Shown piece after piece: positions 26,151-40,343 of a stretch of 64,000 nt of DNA (position 1 is the first letter of the stretch; every line of letters begins with the position of its first letter). The position numbers and the translations under genes are program-made. The notes under the pieces are model-generated. The model was not told where the DNA came from. It worked only from the letters and a program-made list of their open reading frames with translations, and searched no databases. Source of the stretch: the human T2T-CHM13v2.0 reference genome, Homo sapiens. The stretch is from the NCBI RefSeq assembly GCF_009914755.1, contig NC_060930.1. One strand, written 5' to 3'.

Positions 26151-28107
26151 AACTAAGGTGTGAATTCTGGTGTTTAGAGGCAATACTCATTTTACTTACT
26201 CTCATTCCCCTGCTTATTGGTAGTTCCCACTGCCAAAGTAAATTACACATAGTAGGTGCTGAACCAAGCTGATGGATTCTATTATTTTAGGATGCCATTA
26301 CCCTAAATGATTCTGGTTAATTCAGCAGTTGTCCATTATCTATGCTCAAATTAATGATGTAGTTTTCTATTTATAGGGATGGGGGAAGTAACTACTTCCT
26401 TGTCAAATTACCAAAGCACTAATAATATTTTTTTTTAATTGAAAAGAGGCCTTCTAAAAGGAAGGTATAAAATCTGCCATCATCTGCATTGAAAGGTTAA
26501 AAAAAATTCCTTTGCAAAATTTATACTCGTATTTTTATTATTAAATTGGTATTGCTTTACTTAATTTGGGGGTCTTTTTTTTCATCTTGTAAATGGGAGT
26601 TCTGTATTGCTCAGGATTGTTCAGAGGAATTTGCTTTTCATGTTAGCAGACTAATCACTCTCTGTCCTCCATCAAATAAAGAAATTCCTTGGATTTCCAC
26701 ATGTCACTCTTTCTAGAACAACAACAACAATAAAAACCAGACTATATACTACATATGAGCTATGTTGATATGTATTCAATCTGTAAGAATTTTAGTCTGA
26801 ATACCCTCAAAGAAAAGCATTTTTGTGGTATTTCTTCTGGAAATCCCTCAAGAACAAGCAATGTGGTAATATTTCTCGTTGAAATACTGCATTTTTCTTC
26901 CAGTGGTGGCAGAAGGAAAACATAAGAAAATTTGCTTTCCTAAAAGGCATCTTTTCTCTCTCACAGTGTTTCTGAGGGAAAGCAGTGGAACCTGCTGGTG
27001 ATAATGCCTATGAAGGGGACTTTGCACTCACAAGCGCTTTTGACCCGTGAGTAATTAACGTACCTTACAAATATTCATCTTCCCAACACCTTTATGGGGT
27101 AGGTAAGTTATATACTCAAGGTCTAGTATTCACTGCAATTTTGTGACATTGAGAACAGCTACAGAGCTGTCCACTGTTAAATAAGTCCTGCGCCACAGAA
27201 GAAAGTTTATTTTTATTGTTCAGCCAGATGGGGAGCTAACCTACTCTATGGCAAGTGCAGTGAACTATGTGAATTGATTTACACCTCAAAACACCCTTGC
27301 AAAAATTTATTGTTATCTCCATCTTACACAGGGGTCAAAAAGTTCAATATACTCAAATTCAGATGCTTCTTTGAGAGAAAGCTGTATGTCTCCCTGTATG
27401 CCTGTATGTATGTATGGCTCTGAAAATTGTGTGTTTCCATAATATCACACTATCTCTTTGACTGTACATTGTCCTGTATTGAAACCAGAGAGCTTCTCTA
27501 ACACATCTTGGACATCCTTGTGCTGGTGCTCCTCACTACTGCTTTCTGCTACTTGGCCAGACTAGGGCATCTCTCTCATCTGTTCTGTTAGGCAAGATGA
27601 TTTAAATTATTCAGAACAAGAGTAGGAAGGCAACTTTATTATTCTGTGCACATTTTTATGAAATGTATCCCATTTTAGGGTTGAAATTCAATGTATCCCA
27701 CTACAATTCTTTTCATGGATTATGAGTACTTTAAAACAAAGAACAATATCTTAATTGATTCAAACCTGCAAAATTTAACACCATGTCTGGCACATACCGG
27801 GTAGTCAGAAGAGATCTGAAAAGCTAACAAAATCAAGTCTTTTTACTATTTGATATCCTGACTTCATTTACTTTTTACCTACACAATGACATTTCCAAGA
27901 TTATTTAAGGTAGGCAAATTTTGGAATTTTTACAATAATTATAAAGCCACTTTTCAACATAGTCTTTTGTAATATTGGTAAATACTACCAATACTTTGCT
28001 ATCACTTGTAATATAAAAGAGTAATACACTCTATTTCATGAAAGCATCATGGACCGTAAAGAAAACGAAACAGAAATAAAAGATGAATGATAAAAGTGTC
28101 TCAATCC

Positions 28108-28206
28108 ATTGCTATACCATAGATCTTTAATATAATTATGAAATATTTCAGTGATTGATTCTATTGCTGTATCATAGATCTTTAATTATGAAATATTTCA
28201 GTGATT
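28108..28206. repeat. ~50-bp tandem duplication (2 copies)
   Basis: attgctRtaYcatagatcttta(atata)attatgaaatatttcagtgatt at 28108-28156 and 28163-28206. Confidence 0.95.
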
Positions 28207-28314
28207 ATAAAAATGCTGCTGGCTACATTATATTGCTTTTCCTAAACATAGTATAAATTACAGACATATAACTTCTGTTTGAAAATATAAGCGATAGAGG
28301 AAAATATGAACTAT

Positions 28315-28812
28315 TTAAGATGGCCTGAAGGCTCTCCATAGCCTCCCATTCCCTCCTTTTTTCAGGCTTATTTCTTACCACGTTCCTCTACTCACTCAAC
28401 CAGCTCTTTTCCAAACACATTGGCCTCTTATTTGAACAGACCTCAGGACCTCTGCATGTTCTCATGCCTCTTGCTGGAATTCCCCTTTTCCTCATGTCCT
28501 GTTTTCCCCATGGCTCCCTCCCTCACTTTGTTCTTCTCTCTGCTCAAATGTTCCCTCTTCCACCACCCAGGTCCACTTCTTCCTCCATTCCTCTGCACAT
28601 GTGCTCAATCTCTACCCTTTGGGATGCTTTACCTTTTATTCATTGCATTTATCATCACCTGTCATTATTCTGAATATTTATAAAGGTATCCTTGTCACTT
28701 CCTAGTACAATAAAAAGTCTATGAAGGCAGAGACTTTTGTCTATCTTGTTCATCTCCTCATCCCAGTGCCTAGAGCACATGGCAAGCGCTCATGAATGAA
28801 ATAATAAATGAG
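28315..28812 (+). mobile_element. LINE-2 (L2a) 3' end
   Basis: cctcaggacctctgcatg...ctatgaaggcagagacttttgtctatcttgttca...cccagtgcctagagcaca...tgaatgaa. Confidence 0.85.
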
Positions 28813-31065
28813 TTGTTGCATGACTTCACAGCATAAGGAAGTTATTAAAGGCACATGATATTTCATGATACTCTGTTTTCATAATGATACTTGATTTTTT
28901 TTCAAGACATCACAATCCCTATGTCCTAAAAACAGTGCTTTTGAAAATGCATCCTAGTGTATTGTTCCTATGAATATACTTTATCATAAGTAAGTTTTTT
29001 ATGTGTGTTTGTTTTCTTCATAGATAATATCCACAATGATGTGCTAAGCAGAAGCAAAAAGCTAAGACATTTCTTTGATTTCCTAATTTGCTAAATATTA
29101 CTACAAATACAATTTGTGGTACTCAGTATTTTGGGGATTAGAGACTCCAACAAGTTACTACCTAAAAGGCTGCATCATAGTAATTCAATGTTATACATTT
29201 GCTCAAATGAATACTGTTTTTAGCTTGTCTATTTTATTCCTGGAGCTAGCTAACTGATAATGTGTCTCTATTTTATAGAGTATTGACTCAGAACAAATAG
29301 GAAAAAATTGTTTATACAAAGTTATATTATTAGGTGGGTTGCATTAGAAATGTGAATTCCAGCAGTGTTTTCCACCACATTTTTTTCTCCACATTTAATG
29401 GAGGAAACAAAAATGCTTCCAAGGCCAATCCCGAAGGTCCTCATAGAAAAAAAAAAAAAGTGTGGCTAAACTGGTCTCAGGAGGAGGACCAGCAATAGCA
29501 TTAGTTTTACCGCACTGCCTGTCAGTCTTTTATGAAGAAAAGCTTTCCTCCAAGGGGAAAATCCCTTCCCTGACAGCCACCCCCCACCCCCCTCCAGGAC
29601 ATAAGAAAGGTGTCATATGACATTCAATAAGACTGAGTATTCTATACAAGATTGAAAAATAAATTTCTATTTTAGTTGCTTTTGATCTTTTTTAAAAATC
29701 AGAACACTGTGTGGGAATGGAACTTTCTAACAAAGATGTTTGTGTATCTTTATTTTGAATGTCATAAAATAATATAATTTTGGAGTTTTTAATAAGGCTT
29801 ACTGGAGTCAACCTTCTCACTACAGATGAGTAGTTCAGTGATTTGCAACTTACTATATTTGGAAATAAAGACAATGTTGAGATTCTGTCACTTCTCTTTA
29901 CTCCACAATTAACAACCAACCCGAACTAAAACGGAAACTTTACGAAGAAGTTATCTGACAAAAATGCTGCTTCTTTCCAATGCTAAAATTCTGAAAACAT
30001 TTAAATTACCCACAATATGATAAGTAAAGGGACATTTAATGGGTATTTGAGCTTATAATTGGTTAAGGGTTGGACTTGAAAATATATTTATTGGCACTAC
30101 AAAATAAACTCTCTGTATACCATTTTCCTGATTAAAGTTTTAACACACTTAACTCAGTAGTTATTGAATGATGGGGGGATCAGTGTTTCTCTAATATGAA
30201 AGGTGACCACTTTAATTTTTAAGAGATAACATCTTGTTCAGTATATATTCTCCAAAAAATAATCCGTTTATGCAATATTATCTATTTGACAAATTTAGCC
30301 TTAAAAAATGCCTCATTTATTCAACTCTGGGATATCATGAAGACAACTAAGGTTTGACACAACAGCCTAATTTCTACATTCTCATTTTCCAAATTTTGAT
30401 TGACAAGCTGAAGGGCACTGCATGTAAAGGAAAAGTTTTAAAGAAACAGAACCAGTTGCAGTTATGCCCAGGGAAACTATTGCCACTACTCTATAATCAA
30501 ACCCTGTGCTAAGATTGCTTGAGAAGTTGTGAGGGACTTTAGTGAAAAAGCAGCTGCTAGCCCCATGATCTTTATTTTGTTACTGAGATACATTGTCATG
30601 TAGAGGACAATATGAATGAATTAGTAAATGTTTATAGATTATAGAATATGCTGGGGAAGGAAGAGAAACTCCTATGTCTTATTTTCCTGATACATCCGCT
30701 AACTTTACACAGAGTCCCTGAATCATAGCAGATACAAATGTGCAGCCTTCCTGCAGGGGTCCTCATCCTTATTTTTGCTGTGTAGGCACTGACAATCTAA
30801 TAACTACCATAACTTCAACGTAGTGACTACAACAAGAGATATTTCAAGACATAAGCAACAAAAATAATATGCTATAAAGTATCTGTGATACATCATATTT
30901 GTAATTCAAGAAAACAGTAAATTTCAGTTACAGGACAATAACAACAAAAACGTATTTTTGTTCCCATCATGGATCTCCTGAATTCTATGCACAGATGAAG
31001 AGGGTTCTGTGGACCTGATATTTAAAACATCAGATTAGAGAGCAAACAAAAAACTACTTACTATA

Positions 31066-31853
31066 ATCATCAGAGAAATGCAAATCAAAACCACAAGAGA
31101 TACCACTTCAGCTAGAATGGTTATTATAAAAGAGATAAAAGAAAACAAGTTTTGGCAAGAATGTGGAGAAAAGGGAACCTTTGTACACTGTTGGTGGAAT
31201 TTTAAATTAGTACAGCCATTATGAAAGTAAATTGGTATATAGAAGAGACCTCTCCTGTCATGTGGATTACAGCACTATTCACTGTAGCCAAGATATGGAG
31301 TCAACCTAAGTGTCAAACAATAGATGAATGGATAAAGAAAATGTGATATATCTACACAATGGAATAGTATTTAGCCATAAAAATGAGTGACGTCCTGTCA
31401 TTTGTGACAACATGGATGAACCTAGGGACATCATGTTAAGTGAAATAAGACAGGCACAGAAACAAATATGCCATGTTCTCACTCCTATGTGGAATCTTAA
31501 AGCAAAGAAGTTGACATCAAAGAAGCAGAAGCAGAGAGAGTAGAACAGTGGTTACTAGAGACTGGGGAGGGGTAGGGCAGGAGAAAGATGGGGAGAGTTG
31601 GCTTATGAGGACAAAGTTACAGTTAGATAGGAAGAGTAAGTCCTGGTAATCTGTTGCAGAGTATATTGACAATGGTTAACAGTAAAAGATGGTATATTAA
31701 AAATAGCTAGAAGGGAGGCTTTGAATATTCTCATCACAAAGAAATCTAAATGCATGAGATGATGGATACACTAACCTCACAACACATGTATGTATGGAAA
31801 TGTCAAATTGTACCCCAGAAATAGATACAATCATGTGCCCAGTTAAAATAATG
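31066..31853 (+). mobile_element. L1MA 3' end with internal deletion
   Basis: tcatcagagaaatgcaaatcaaaaccaca ... atggataaagaaaatgtg ... aaattgtacccc; sequence jumps after attatgaaag (~31227). Confidence 0.9.
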
Positions 31854-32709
31854 AATCATTTTTAAGTTAGACCACTTAAACAAACCAAAAAAAAACCCTC
31901 TATTTACTACAAAATAAAATTTAAACTTGTCAATATGAGATTTGTTTACTCCTCCCTAAAAGATAGTCTAATTTATATGTAATGTAATAAGGTTTAATTA
32001 ATCCATAGAATAATGTTTGATAGGAGGAAAAGGGGTCAATGTTTGAACATACATGTGCTTGCTTTACCTTCTTCATGCCTTTAGTCTTTCTGAAAAACAT
32101 AAAAAGCAGATGCCTGATTAAGGCAGTAAAATATCTTCATGATAAAAAAATGGACAGAGAGCTCCTGGATCAGTATTTGACTCATTTACTTATTTCCTCC
32201 GAGTTCAGTAGTTTCATGTTTATATATTCAGGCTTCCTTTGGCCCAGCCGTTTCTTTGCTTTGGCTTTGTTTTACCTAGGCAACTGTCCAGATGATGTTA
32301 GCCAAAATCCACTTTGGACATTTTCTGGAGTTTAGAGAGCCATGTGTGAGGCTTGTACTTTATTCATTAAACTTTTATGTTAAGTTATAATTTACACTAA
32401 ACTTCATTTACAAACAGACGTTTTAACAAAAGAAACTTGATGACTGAGATGTTTAGCCCTCAAATTATTTTTTCTTTGTGTTGTTGTTATTGCTGAGGCT
32501 GAAATTAACTTACATGTTCATTGTTTAATTAAAATTTAAAAACACTGAAATACATTAGTGATTAAACTGTGCACCATCGTATGAAGGGATAATATATTTT
32601 GGCAAGCATAGATTTTTGCCTCAAAATTAACTGAATTGATAATAATTATAAAGCTATACTAAGTTGAATAAGGCAAAAATGGAGAAAGAAACAGTATTGA
32701 TACCTATTC

Positions 32710-32880
32710 GTGATTTCTTATGTATCAGATTTTGTATGTGTTATCTCATTCAATCTTTACAGTAAATGTAAGAGGAAGGCATTATTATAATATTATTACT
32801 GGAACCAAGATTAAGTAATTTCCCAAGGTCACCACTAATTGACATATGTGGAATTCATGCCCGGGTATTTCTGTCTCCTT
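32710..32880 (-). mobile_element. MIR fragment
   Basis: ttatctcattcaatctttacag...gattaagtaatttcccaaggtcac. Confidence 0.7.
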
Positions 32881-33463
32881 ATGAACAACATAACCCTGGA
32901 TGTGTAGCTAAGAAAAAAAAAAAAACAAAAACCTAGCCATTATGGACACAATTTCCAAGACATCTCATAACAGGTTGATCTCAAGCCAGTAAATATAAAC
33001 ACACCGCAGCCTAGAGTTCACTTTTCCCCCTTCTGATTTTCTCAAGGAGCTAGTTTCTTTTGGGCATCACATTTTTTACACAAAACTGAGTTATCAGTTT
33101 TTAAGGCATAAAATTGACACATAAATGAGATGATTCACACGACAGTTGAATCTCCTGTAAAGCTATTTTTAGTTTCATTTTTAGCTTAAGAAATAAGGAA
33201 TTTCTTTTTCAAGTTACATTTTTTTTTAACCTAAAAAGATTTTTTCCTTAACAGATTCAACAACTTATGGACTTACACTCCCAAATGTCTTCATTTTTTA
33301 AAAATTTATTTGTATTATTTTGTTCTTATAGTCAAATAGATAATAATACCATGATTTCTTCTGGGGGGAATAGAGTAGGTGGAGTAGTGGGCAGCCCACA
33401 ATAGAGAACAATAGTTTGTCTTTGTATAAAGGTAAAAGTGTGAATCTTGTGTCATGTTCATAG

Positions 33464-33464
33464 T

Positions 33465-33495
<31 letters not shown>

Positions 33496-33538
33496 ACTCT
33501 CTTTCTCTCTCTCTCCTCTCTCTCTCTCTCTTTCTCTC
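33464..33538. repeat. (TC)n(AC)n(CT)n compound microsatellite
   Basis: Directly visible. Confidence 0.95.
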
Positions 33539-34656
33539 AGACTGCCATGCACTTGGGGTCATTAAAAGAGCAGCTAACCATTTGACACAGTGTTTGGATT
33601 CTCACCCCTACACCACAGACCCTCATTACCAAACTGTTAATCACTGCCAAAAGAGCAAGTCCCCTGGCAGCCCTCAAGCCCCCATCCCCCAAAGCAGATC
33701 TTTCCACACTTGGTATCAAATTGCATTGTAGTTACAACACTGGGACTGAGTCCTTTAATTGTACATTAGCAACAAGGAAGTTCTTTTCTAGCTCGGATTT
33801 AAGTGTTTCTTCGACTATCTAGTGCATGTTTGTACATCAGTAAGAAGTATAGAGGTTAAAATTTGTTCTCACAAACACCATTCCTCAAACATACACATTA
33901 TACACAAAGCACCTGAAGCCCAGCTCTGAGTCCAAATTCCATTTCTAAGATGTTCAACCTGCTATTTGGAAGTTTTGTGTATTTTTTATTATATTGGAAA
34001 TTGCCCCATCTATTATTTGGCTATAAGGTTAGTGACACAACTAGCTACTCAAGAGAAAAATTTGTTTCATCAACAATCATTTTGTTTATTTGATATCAAA
34101 TAGCTGAACAGGAGGATGTTTTCCACTGATGGTTTCAGTGGGCTTGTTGAAATGAAGTGGAGTGTTGATAGTGTGGAAACTGAGCCAAGAAGTGAGGAGA
34201 TAGAATTTGATTTAATATAATGACCCACAGGGCTAATTTCAGTGTTTCTGGCATATCTTTGTTTTTTAAAAGCAATTTTCATATTCTAGCACCTAAAGCT
34301 TCATTAAAAATACAGTCTTTCTCATGGCAATGTGAAGACTAAAGGCGATTATGTAAATATGCCACTTTGTCCTGTGTTCATTTATTAGATTGGTTAAATG
34401 AAGAGTTCCTGCCTTACCCATGTTTAGTTCATTTCCTTTATTTTTATTCCATCATATCAAAGGCATTTCAAGTGACATGTAATTGATTACCTTAAACTAG
34501 CTAATGTTTATCAAACCACCTAGAACCTATATTCAGATGTGTGGAGCAATAATAATATGTAAATAAAAATAAAAGTCATGTCTGGTGATGATCAGTGTGT
34601 GATTGGTGGTTGTGCATCTGTTGATATTGCAGTCCTCTCGCCAGTGGTGGAATATG

Positions 34657-35165
34657 GTACTTATCAAAATGCTGTCGGTTGTAAGTGACAGATTCCCAAG
34701 TCAGATTAGCTTTGACTGAAAGGGAATATACTGCTTCATGTAACTAGGAAGTCAAAGTAGAATTTGCTGCCTGCAGGCATTGTGGGAACCAGGAGCTCAA
34801 ATGTGGCCACAAGGGTTTTTTCCCTTTCTCTATCTCCCTGCTCTCCGTGCTTTGCCTGGCTTCACTCTGGGGGCTGGAATCTCCACATAGAAGATGAAAA
34901 GGACCCTGGCAGAGCCAGACCTTTATTTTTCTAGGAAGAGCAGTTCTTTCTTCCAGTGACTATGTATTAATCCCTGTAAAGGACTTGGCTTCTCTCTGTT
35001 TGAACTATATTCCTTCATTGAAACTATGATTTTGTCTGAAATAATGTAGAACAATAACTGGCCTAGCCTCAATGATATCCTCTCCCCTATGACTGTTGGC
35101 AGGTTTCAATGATTATAGCCCAACCAGAACTCTGTCAGCTGCAGGAGAGATGATTTCTCCAAGGC
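34657..35165 (-). mobile_element. MaLR LTR (MLT1J/K type)
   Basis: cggttgtaagtgacaga...aaagggaatatactgcttcatgtaactaggaagtc...ccaggagctcaaatg. Confidence 0.75.
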
Positions 35166-35740
35166 TGTGATACAGTCAGCATAATTGACATACACTCCCC
35201 TTCTACCTACCCCACTCCAGTTGCAACAACAGAAAGATTAGCAGTTGAGTTGATATACACTAAGTATAAAGTCTAGAAATTCAGAAATCTATCATTATTT
35301 CACTCCCTCTACAAATCTAAATTCTTCAACACAAAGGCATGGTTTGGACCAAGCCAGTTTCCTTAGCATTCCTCAAACTCATCATCCTTATCCTATCCTG
35401 TATTTTGCATTTCTCTTTCATCTCCCACTCTCATAGGATTTGCTTTGCTTTCCTTTCATCTATTATTCAAACTACATGTATTTTTCAGAAAACAATTCAA
35501 ACCTTCGTCTAAGCAAAATTTCTGCATAACTAATTACAAACATGCTTAAATATTTCTTCTCTTATTTCTTATAGCATTGTATTAACCATTTGTTTTATAT
35601 GGCTTTTATTTCCAACAATATTAAACTTGCTGTCTAAGCTTTACAGTTTTGATTTCCTCAGCGTGACAGTATGGCTGCCCATGGGCGCTGGGAGAATATG
35701 TCTCTTTGTTTACACCTTGCAAGGGAGACAGAAGGAGAGA

Positions 35741-35743
<3 letters not shown>

Positions 35744-35788
<45 letters not shown>
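35744..35788. repeat. Perfect (AG)n microsatellite, ~22 units
   Basis: Directly visible. Confidence 0.97.
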
Positions 35789-35795
<7 letters not shown>

Positions 35796-36863
35796 TCTTC
35801 TCTTCAGAGAAGATCTGAGCAAACCTCTCTTGTAGTTGCATTAGCCCAAAGAGTCTAGGCTGACCCAACCAAGCTCCAGTCCCTGGACAGAGGAGAGTAG
35901 TATTTGATAGCCATCAATTGATAGATGAATTACCTGAGGCTAAATAAAATCAGTAACAAGATTACTATTATACCAAATATGGAACTAAATCTGCATTAAA
36001 GAGTCAAATATAAACACAAGTTGAATAAATCATACTGGAACTGAAGAATGTAATTGACTGCAATGGAATTCAGTGAGGGATAATTAATATTTAGCCCCTG
36101 TTCAATTAGAATTAAATAAATATTATGCAACTGACATGGATTTAGTTGTATTCACAATGATTTTAATACTATCTTAAAGAGTTTATCTGATTAATTCTTG
36201 TATTATTAAGCTTAGTATAAATTTTCTAAAGGAAATGCTGTTCTATTTTTTAAAAATGATACCATTAAGTAATCTGAAGAAGATTATAGTAAAAAAAACC
36301 CAAAAAACCTCCTTATTCCACTGAGGCAGTTTAACGTAATGAATCATCAGTTTCAAAAATTATAAAGAATTTGATTTAACCATGCTCAAAACATTTTTTT
36401 AATATCTTAATTATCAAGAGGTTAAGGGTGTCAGAGGGAACAGTATATGACTTATTGCATATTCATTTCCCATAATACCTGAACATGTATTATGTTCTAG
36501 ACCATGTAACAGCATAAAACACCTAGAAAGGCAAAGATTTGAAATGTATTCATGGGTCTTGACATAGATGCATTATGTGTAACACCAAGATAAAACACTC
36601 TTTCTATTTGCCCTTCCTTGTAGAAGGCCTGTTGGAGCATGAGGGTCACTTACAAAAAGTATTTCCTTTATTTTGTCAGAAAACCTCTTGGGAGATGATT
36701 TGTGTGGGCCTGGTTACAATCAAGAACTTTTATTATAGTGAAATTAAAGACAATTAAGCCAGGATAAAGATATTAATCTTGGACAGCAATACTATTATTA
36801 TATCTCAGTGAGTTTATAACCAATGTTAACACATTGGGAATTAGGTTTTATTCTTTAATTTTC

Positions 36864-37364
36864 TTTTTCTTTCTTTCTTTCTCTTTCTTTCTTTCCTTCC
36901 TTCCTTCCTCTTTCTTTCCTTCCATCCTTCCTTCCTTCCCCTTCTTCCTTCCTTCCTTCTTTCCCCTTCCTTCCTTTTCTTTTTCTTTCTCTTTCTTTCT
37001 TTCCTTCCTTCTCTTTCTTTCCTTCCACCCTTCCTTTCTTCCTTCCCCTTCTTCCTTCCTTCTTTCTTTCTCTTTCCTTCCATCCTTCCTTCCTTCTTTC
37101 CCCTTTCTTCCTTCCTTCTCTTTCTTTCTTTCTCTTTCCTTCCTTCCTTCTTTCTTTCTTTCCTTCCTTCCATCCTTCCTTCCTTCCCCCTCTTCCTTCC
37201 TTCTTTCTCCTTCCTTCCTTCTTTCTTTTTCTTTCCTTCCATCCTTCCTTCCTTCTCCTTCGTCCTTCCTTCTTTCCCCTTCCTTCCTTTCCTTTCTTTT
37301 TTCTTTTCTTTTCTTTCCTTTCTTTCTTTCTTTCTTTCTCTTTCTTTCTTTCTTTCTTTCTTTC

Positions 37365-37448
<84 letters not shown>

Positions 37449-37520
37449 CTCTTTCTTTCTTTCTTTCTTCTCTTCGCTTTCTTTCTTTCTTCTCTTTCTT
37501 TCTTTCTCTCTTTTTTTTCC
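36864..37520. repeat. ~655-bp (TTTC)n/(TTCC)n polypyrimidine tract (expanded Alu tail)
   Basis: Seven purines counted in the tract (A at 36924, 37027, 37082, 37172, 37241; G at 37262, 37476). Confidence 0.97.
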
Positions 37521-37776
37521 AAGACAGGTTCTCACTCTGTCACCCTGTCTGGAGTGCAATAGCGCAATCGCAGCTCACTATAGCCTCTCACCTCAGCCTC
37601 CAGAGTAGCTGGGACTACAAGCATGTGCTACCATGCCCACATAATTTTATTTTATATTTTTAGAGAAGGGGTTTGCTATGCTTCTCAGGCTGATTTCAAA
37701 TTCCTGGTCTCCAGGAATCATCAAGCCTCGGCCTCGTGAGTATCTGGGATTACAGGATGAGCCGCTGTACCTGGCT
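37521..37776 (-). mobile_element. AluJ-class element with internal deletion in the right arm
   Basis: Diverged Alu with J-type gctcactatagcct and tttgctatg; TSD attctttaattttc (36850-36863) / atcctttaattttc (37777-37790). Confidence 0.92.
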
Positions 37777-39260
37777 ATCCTTTAATTTTCAAGTCTCTGC
37801 CGCCAAATGTATTTGCCCAGAGACCTGTATATGTATGTGTGTGTGTGCATGCATTTGTGTGTGTCTAGTATTATTCATATCAAGGAGAAACTCCACAAAA
37901 AATAACTGCTTAAGTTGATAAAGTTTTAATTCTTATTTTTTTCAGTATTTATGAGGAACCCAACATAAGGCAATCTTTTTCATGATACTATTTTCCAGAA
38001 ACTTTATTGAACAGTGGCTAATGGATCATTATTATTATTTTAATGTATAGACACTTACTATTTGGTGGAGAAAGCTCAGCTTACTCTCCAAGATTCTTTG
38101 GGAATTTTTCCCCCCTGGGCCTCACACTTTCCTGGACACAAAGACTGAAGCTAATTAGAAAGTAGCAGATTAGAACAACATTGAGAGATTGTCCAAGTTG
38201 ATAGAATTATTTTTCTTCTTATCTGGTAAATGAGAGCAATTCTAAAAGCATACTGAAATAATTTTAATACATAAAAAATTTAAATATACAAAATATTTTT
38301 AAGCACTGAGAAATCTCTTTATCCATTTATAAGAATTTAAGATCATCAGATTTTCAAATGTAAAACATGTTTAGACAAGAGTAGATGTTACTAATAGGTA
38401 AGAGAAACTTACATGATGATTAATATCTATGTTCTAAATCATGCCTCAAACATGGTTTTATCCTAAATTTCTAACTTAAGAAAAGGATTAGAGTCAGAAG
38501 AGTACGATCTATTCTACATTCATTCACCATGACATCCGACCAATACTTTTCTATGCCATACTATGACACACATTTTCCAAAAGAAGCAAGGATGTGAAAT
38601 TTAATACATAAGTATCAACCCAGTATTTTGGTCTCATATTAGATACATAGTTAAGAAACTTGAAATGTTTATCTGAATTAGGCAACTAAGGACATCATTG
38701 TCTTTTCCTGTGTACTATGCAAAAAGTGAAATAATAGCATAGTGTTACATATGAGATAATCCAACTCTCAGTAAAAAGTCTGGGAGTTTGAATGTTGAAT
38801 ATTACATAAACAATACACTCCATATATATGGATTAAAATGCTAAATTATTTGAAATTTATTTGGAAAATTACAGCTCAACTCATGTTATCTCTAAAGATG
38901 ACATCAACTAGCTTCAGAATAAATAAAATAAAAGATATTGAGTTAAAGTTTAAATTTTTAAGATAAGCTGTATTTATATTTGTATATAAATTACAAAATA
39001 TAGAAATGTTTGCTCATTTTACAGAACTTGCCTTTGATTTTATTTTAAAATATTTGTGGCAGATTTAAGTGACTTAAGATTTGGGGTATTAAAACGACAA
39101 ACATCCAGCATTCTATTCCTTTTATAATGACAGAGGAAATAGAAGTTATTTGCTAACTTTAATTCTTGAATACCTGCAGTCACATTTTTAAGTAATCGCT
39201 AACTTCGATACATTGGCACATATATATTTTGCTCTCAAAGATTCGAAATAATTTATGATA

Positions 39261-39557
39261 CCCCTGTAATCCCAGCACTGTGGGAGGCCGAGGCAGGTGG
39301 ACCATGAGGTCAGGAGTTCGAGACCAGCCTGCCCAACATAGTGAAATCCCGTCTCTACTAAAAATCTAAAAAAATAGCCAGGTGTAGTGGTGGGAGCCTG
39401 TAATTCCAGCTACTCAGGAGACTGAGGCAGAAGAATCGCTGGAACCTGGGAGGCAGAAGTTTCAGTGAGCTGAAATCGTGCCATTGCACTCCAGCCTGGG
39501 CAACAAGAGTGAAACTCCATCTCTAATAATAATAATAATAACAATAATAATAATAAT
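39261..39557 (+). mobile_element. Alu (AluS class), 5'-truncated by ~20 nt, (AAT)n tail
   Basis: Starts at cctgtaatcccagcac; 14-bp TSD aataatttatgata at 39247-39260 and 39558-39571. Confidence 0.97.
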
Positions 39558-40039
39558 AATAATTTATGATAGACAAATACCATAAAATAAATCTTTCCCA
39601 TTGTAAAAGGTATAAAGTTGAGGACCCCTATTTTATCTTCACTAATTCATACTTACGGAACCACATTCTTCCAGAACATAAGTTACTGTCTAGGACTAAG
39701 AGTTTCCTTGAAATCTACATGAGCTTTTCCTTAGCATGAGGGTACTATTAAATAACTGTACGTTTCTAAGCAGAAATGAACAGTAAATTATCTAAGGTCA
39801 AAACCAAAACATGATCAAACAGTAGCTACAACACTTTTAACTCCTAATCAAATAGCTCTGGCTTCTGGCTGAATTGTACTGACCAACAGGTAATGATCAG
39901 AGCCCTTCTACCCTTAAGCATCCACAAATTGCTTAGACTTTAAGAACTAGAGAAAATGTTCAAGCATCAAGCAAGACAAGTCTTATGTGCCATTTACTCT
40001 AATTCTCATGGTTTACAAATAGGAAAAAAAAAAAAAGTC

Positions 40040-40343
<304 letters not shown>

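Noticed and set aside
36834-37562. Four long ORFs (133-242 aa) rich in F/L/S/P or K/E/R/G
   Set aside because: They are translations of the (TTTC)/(TTCC) tract, which cannot contain stop codons
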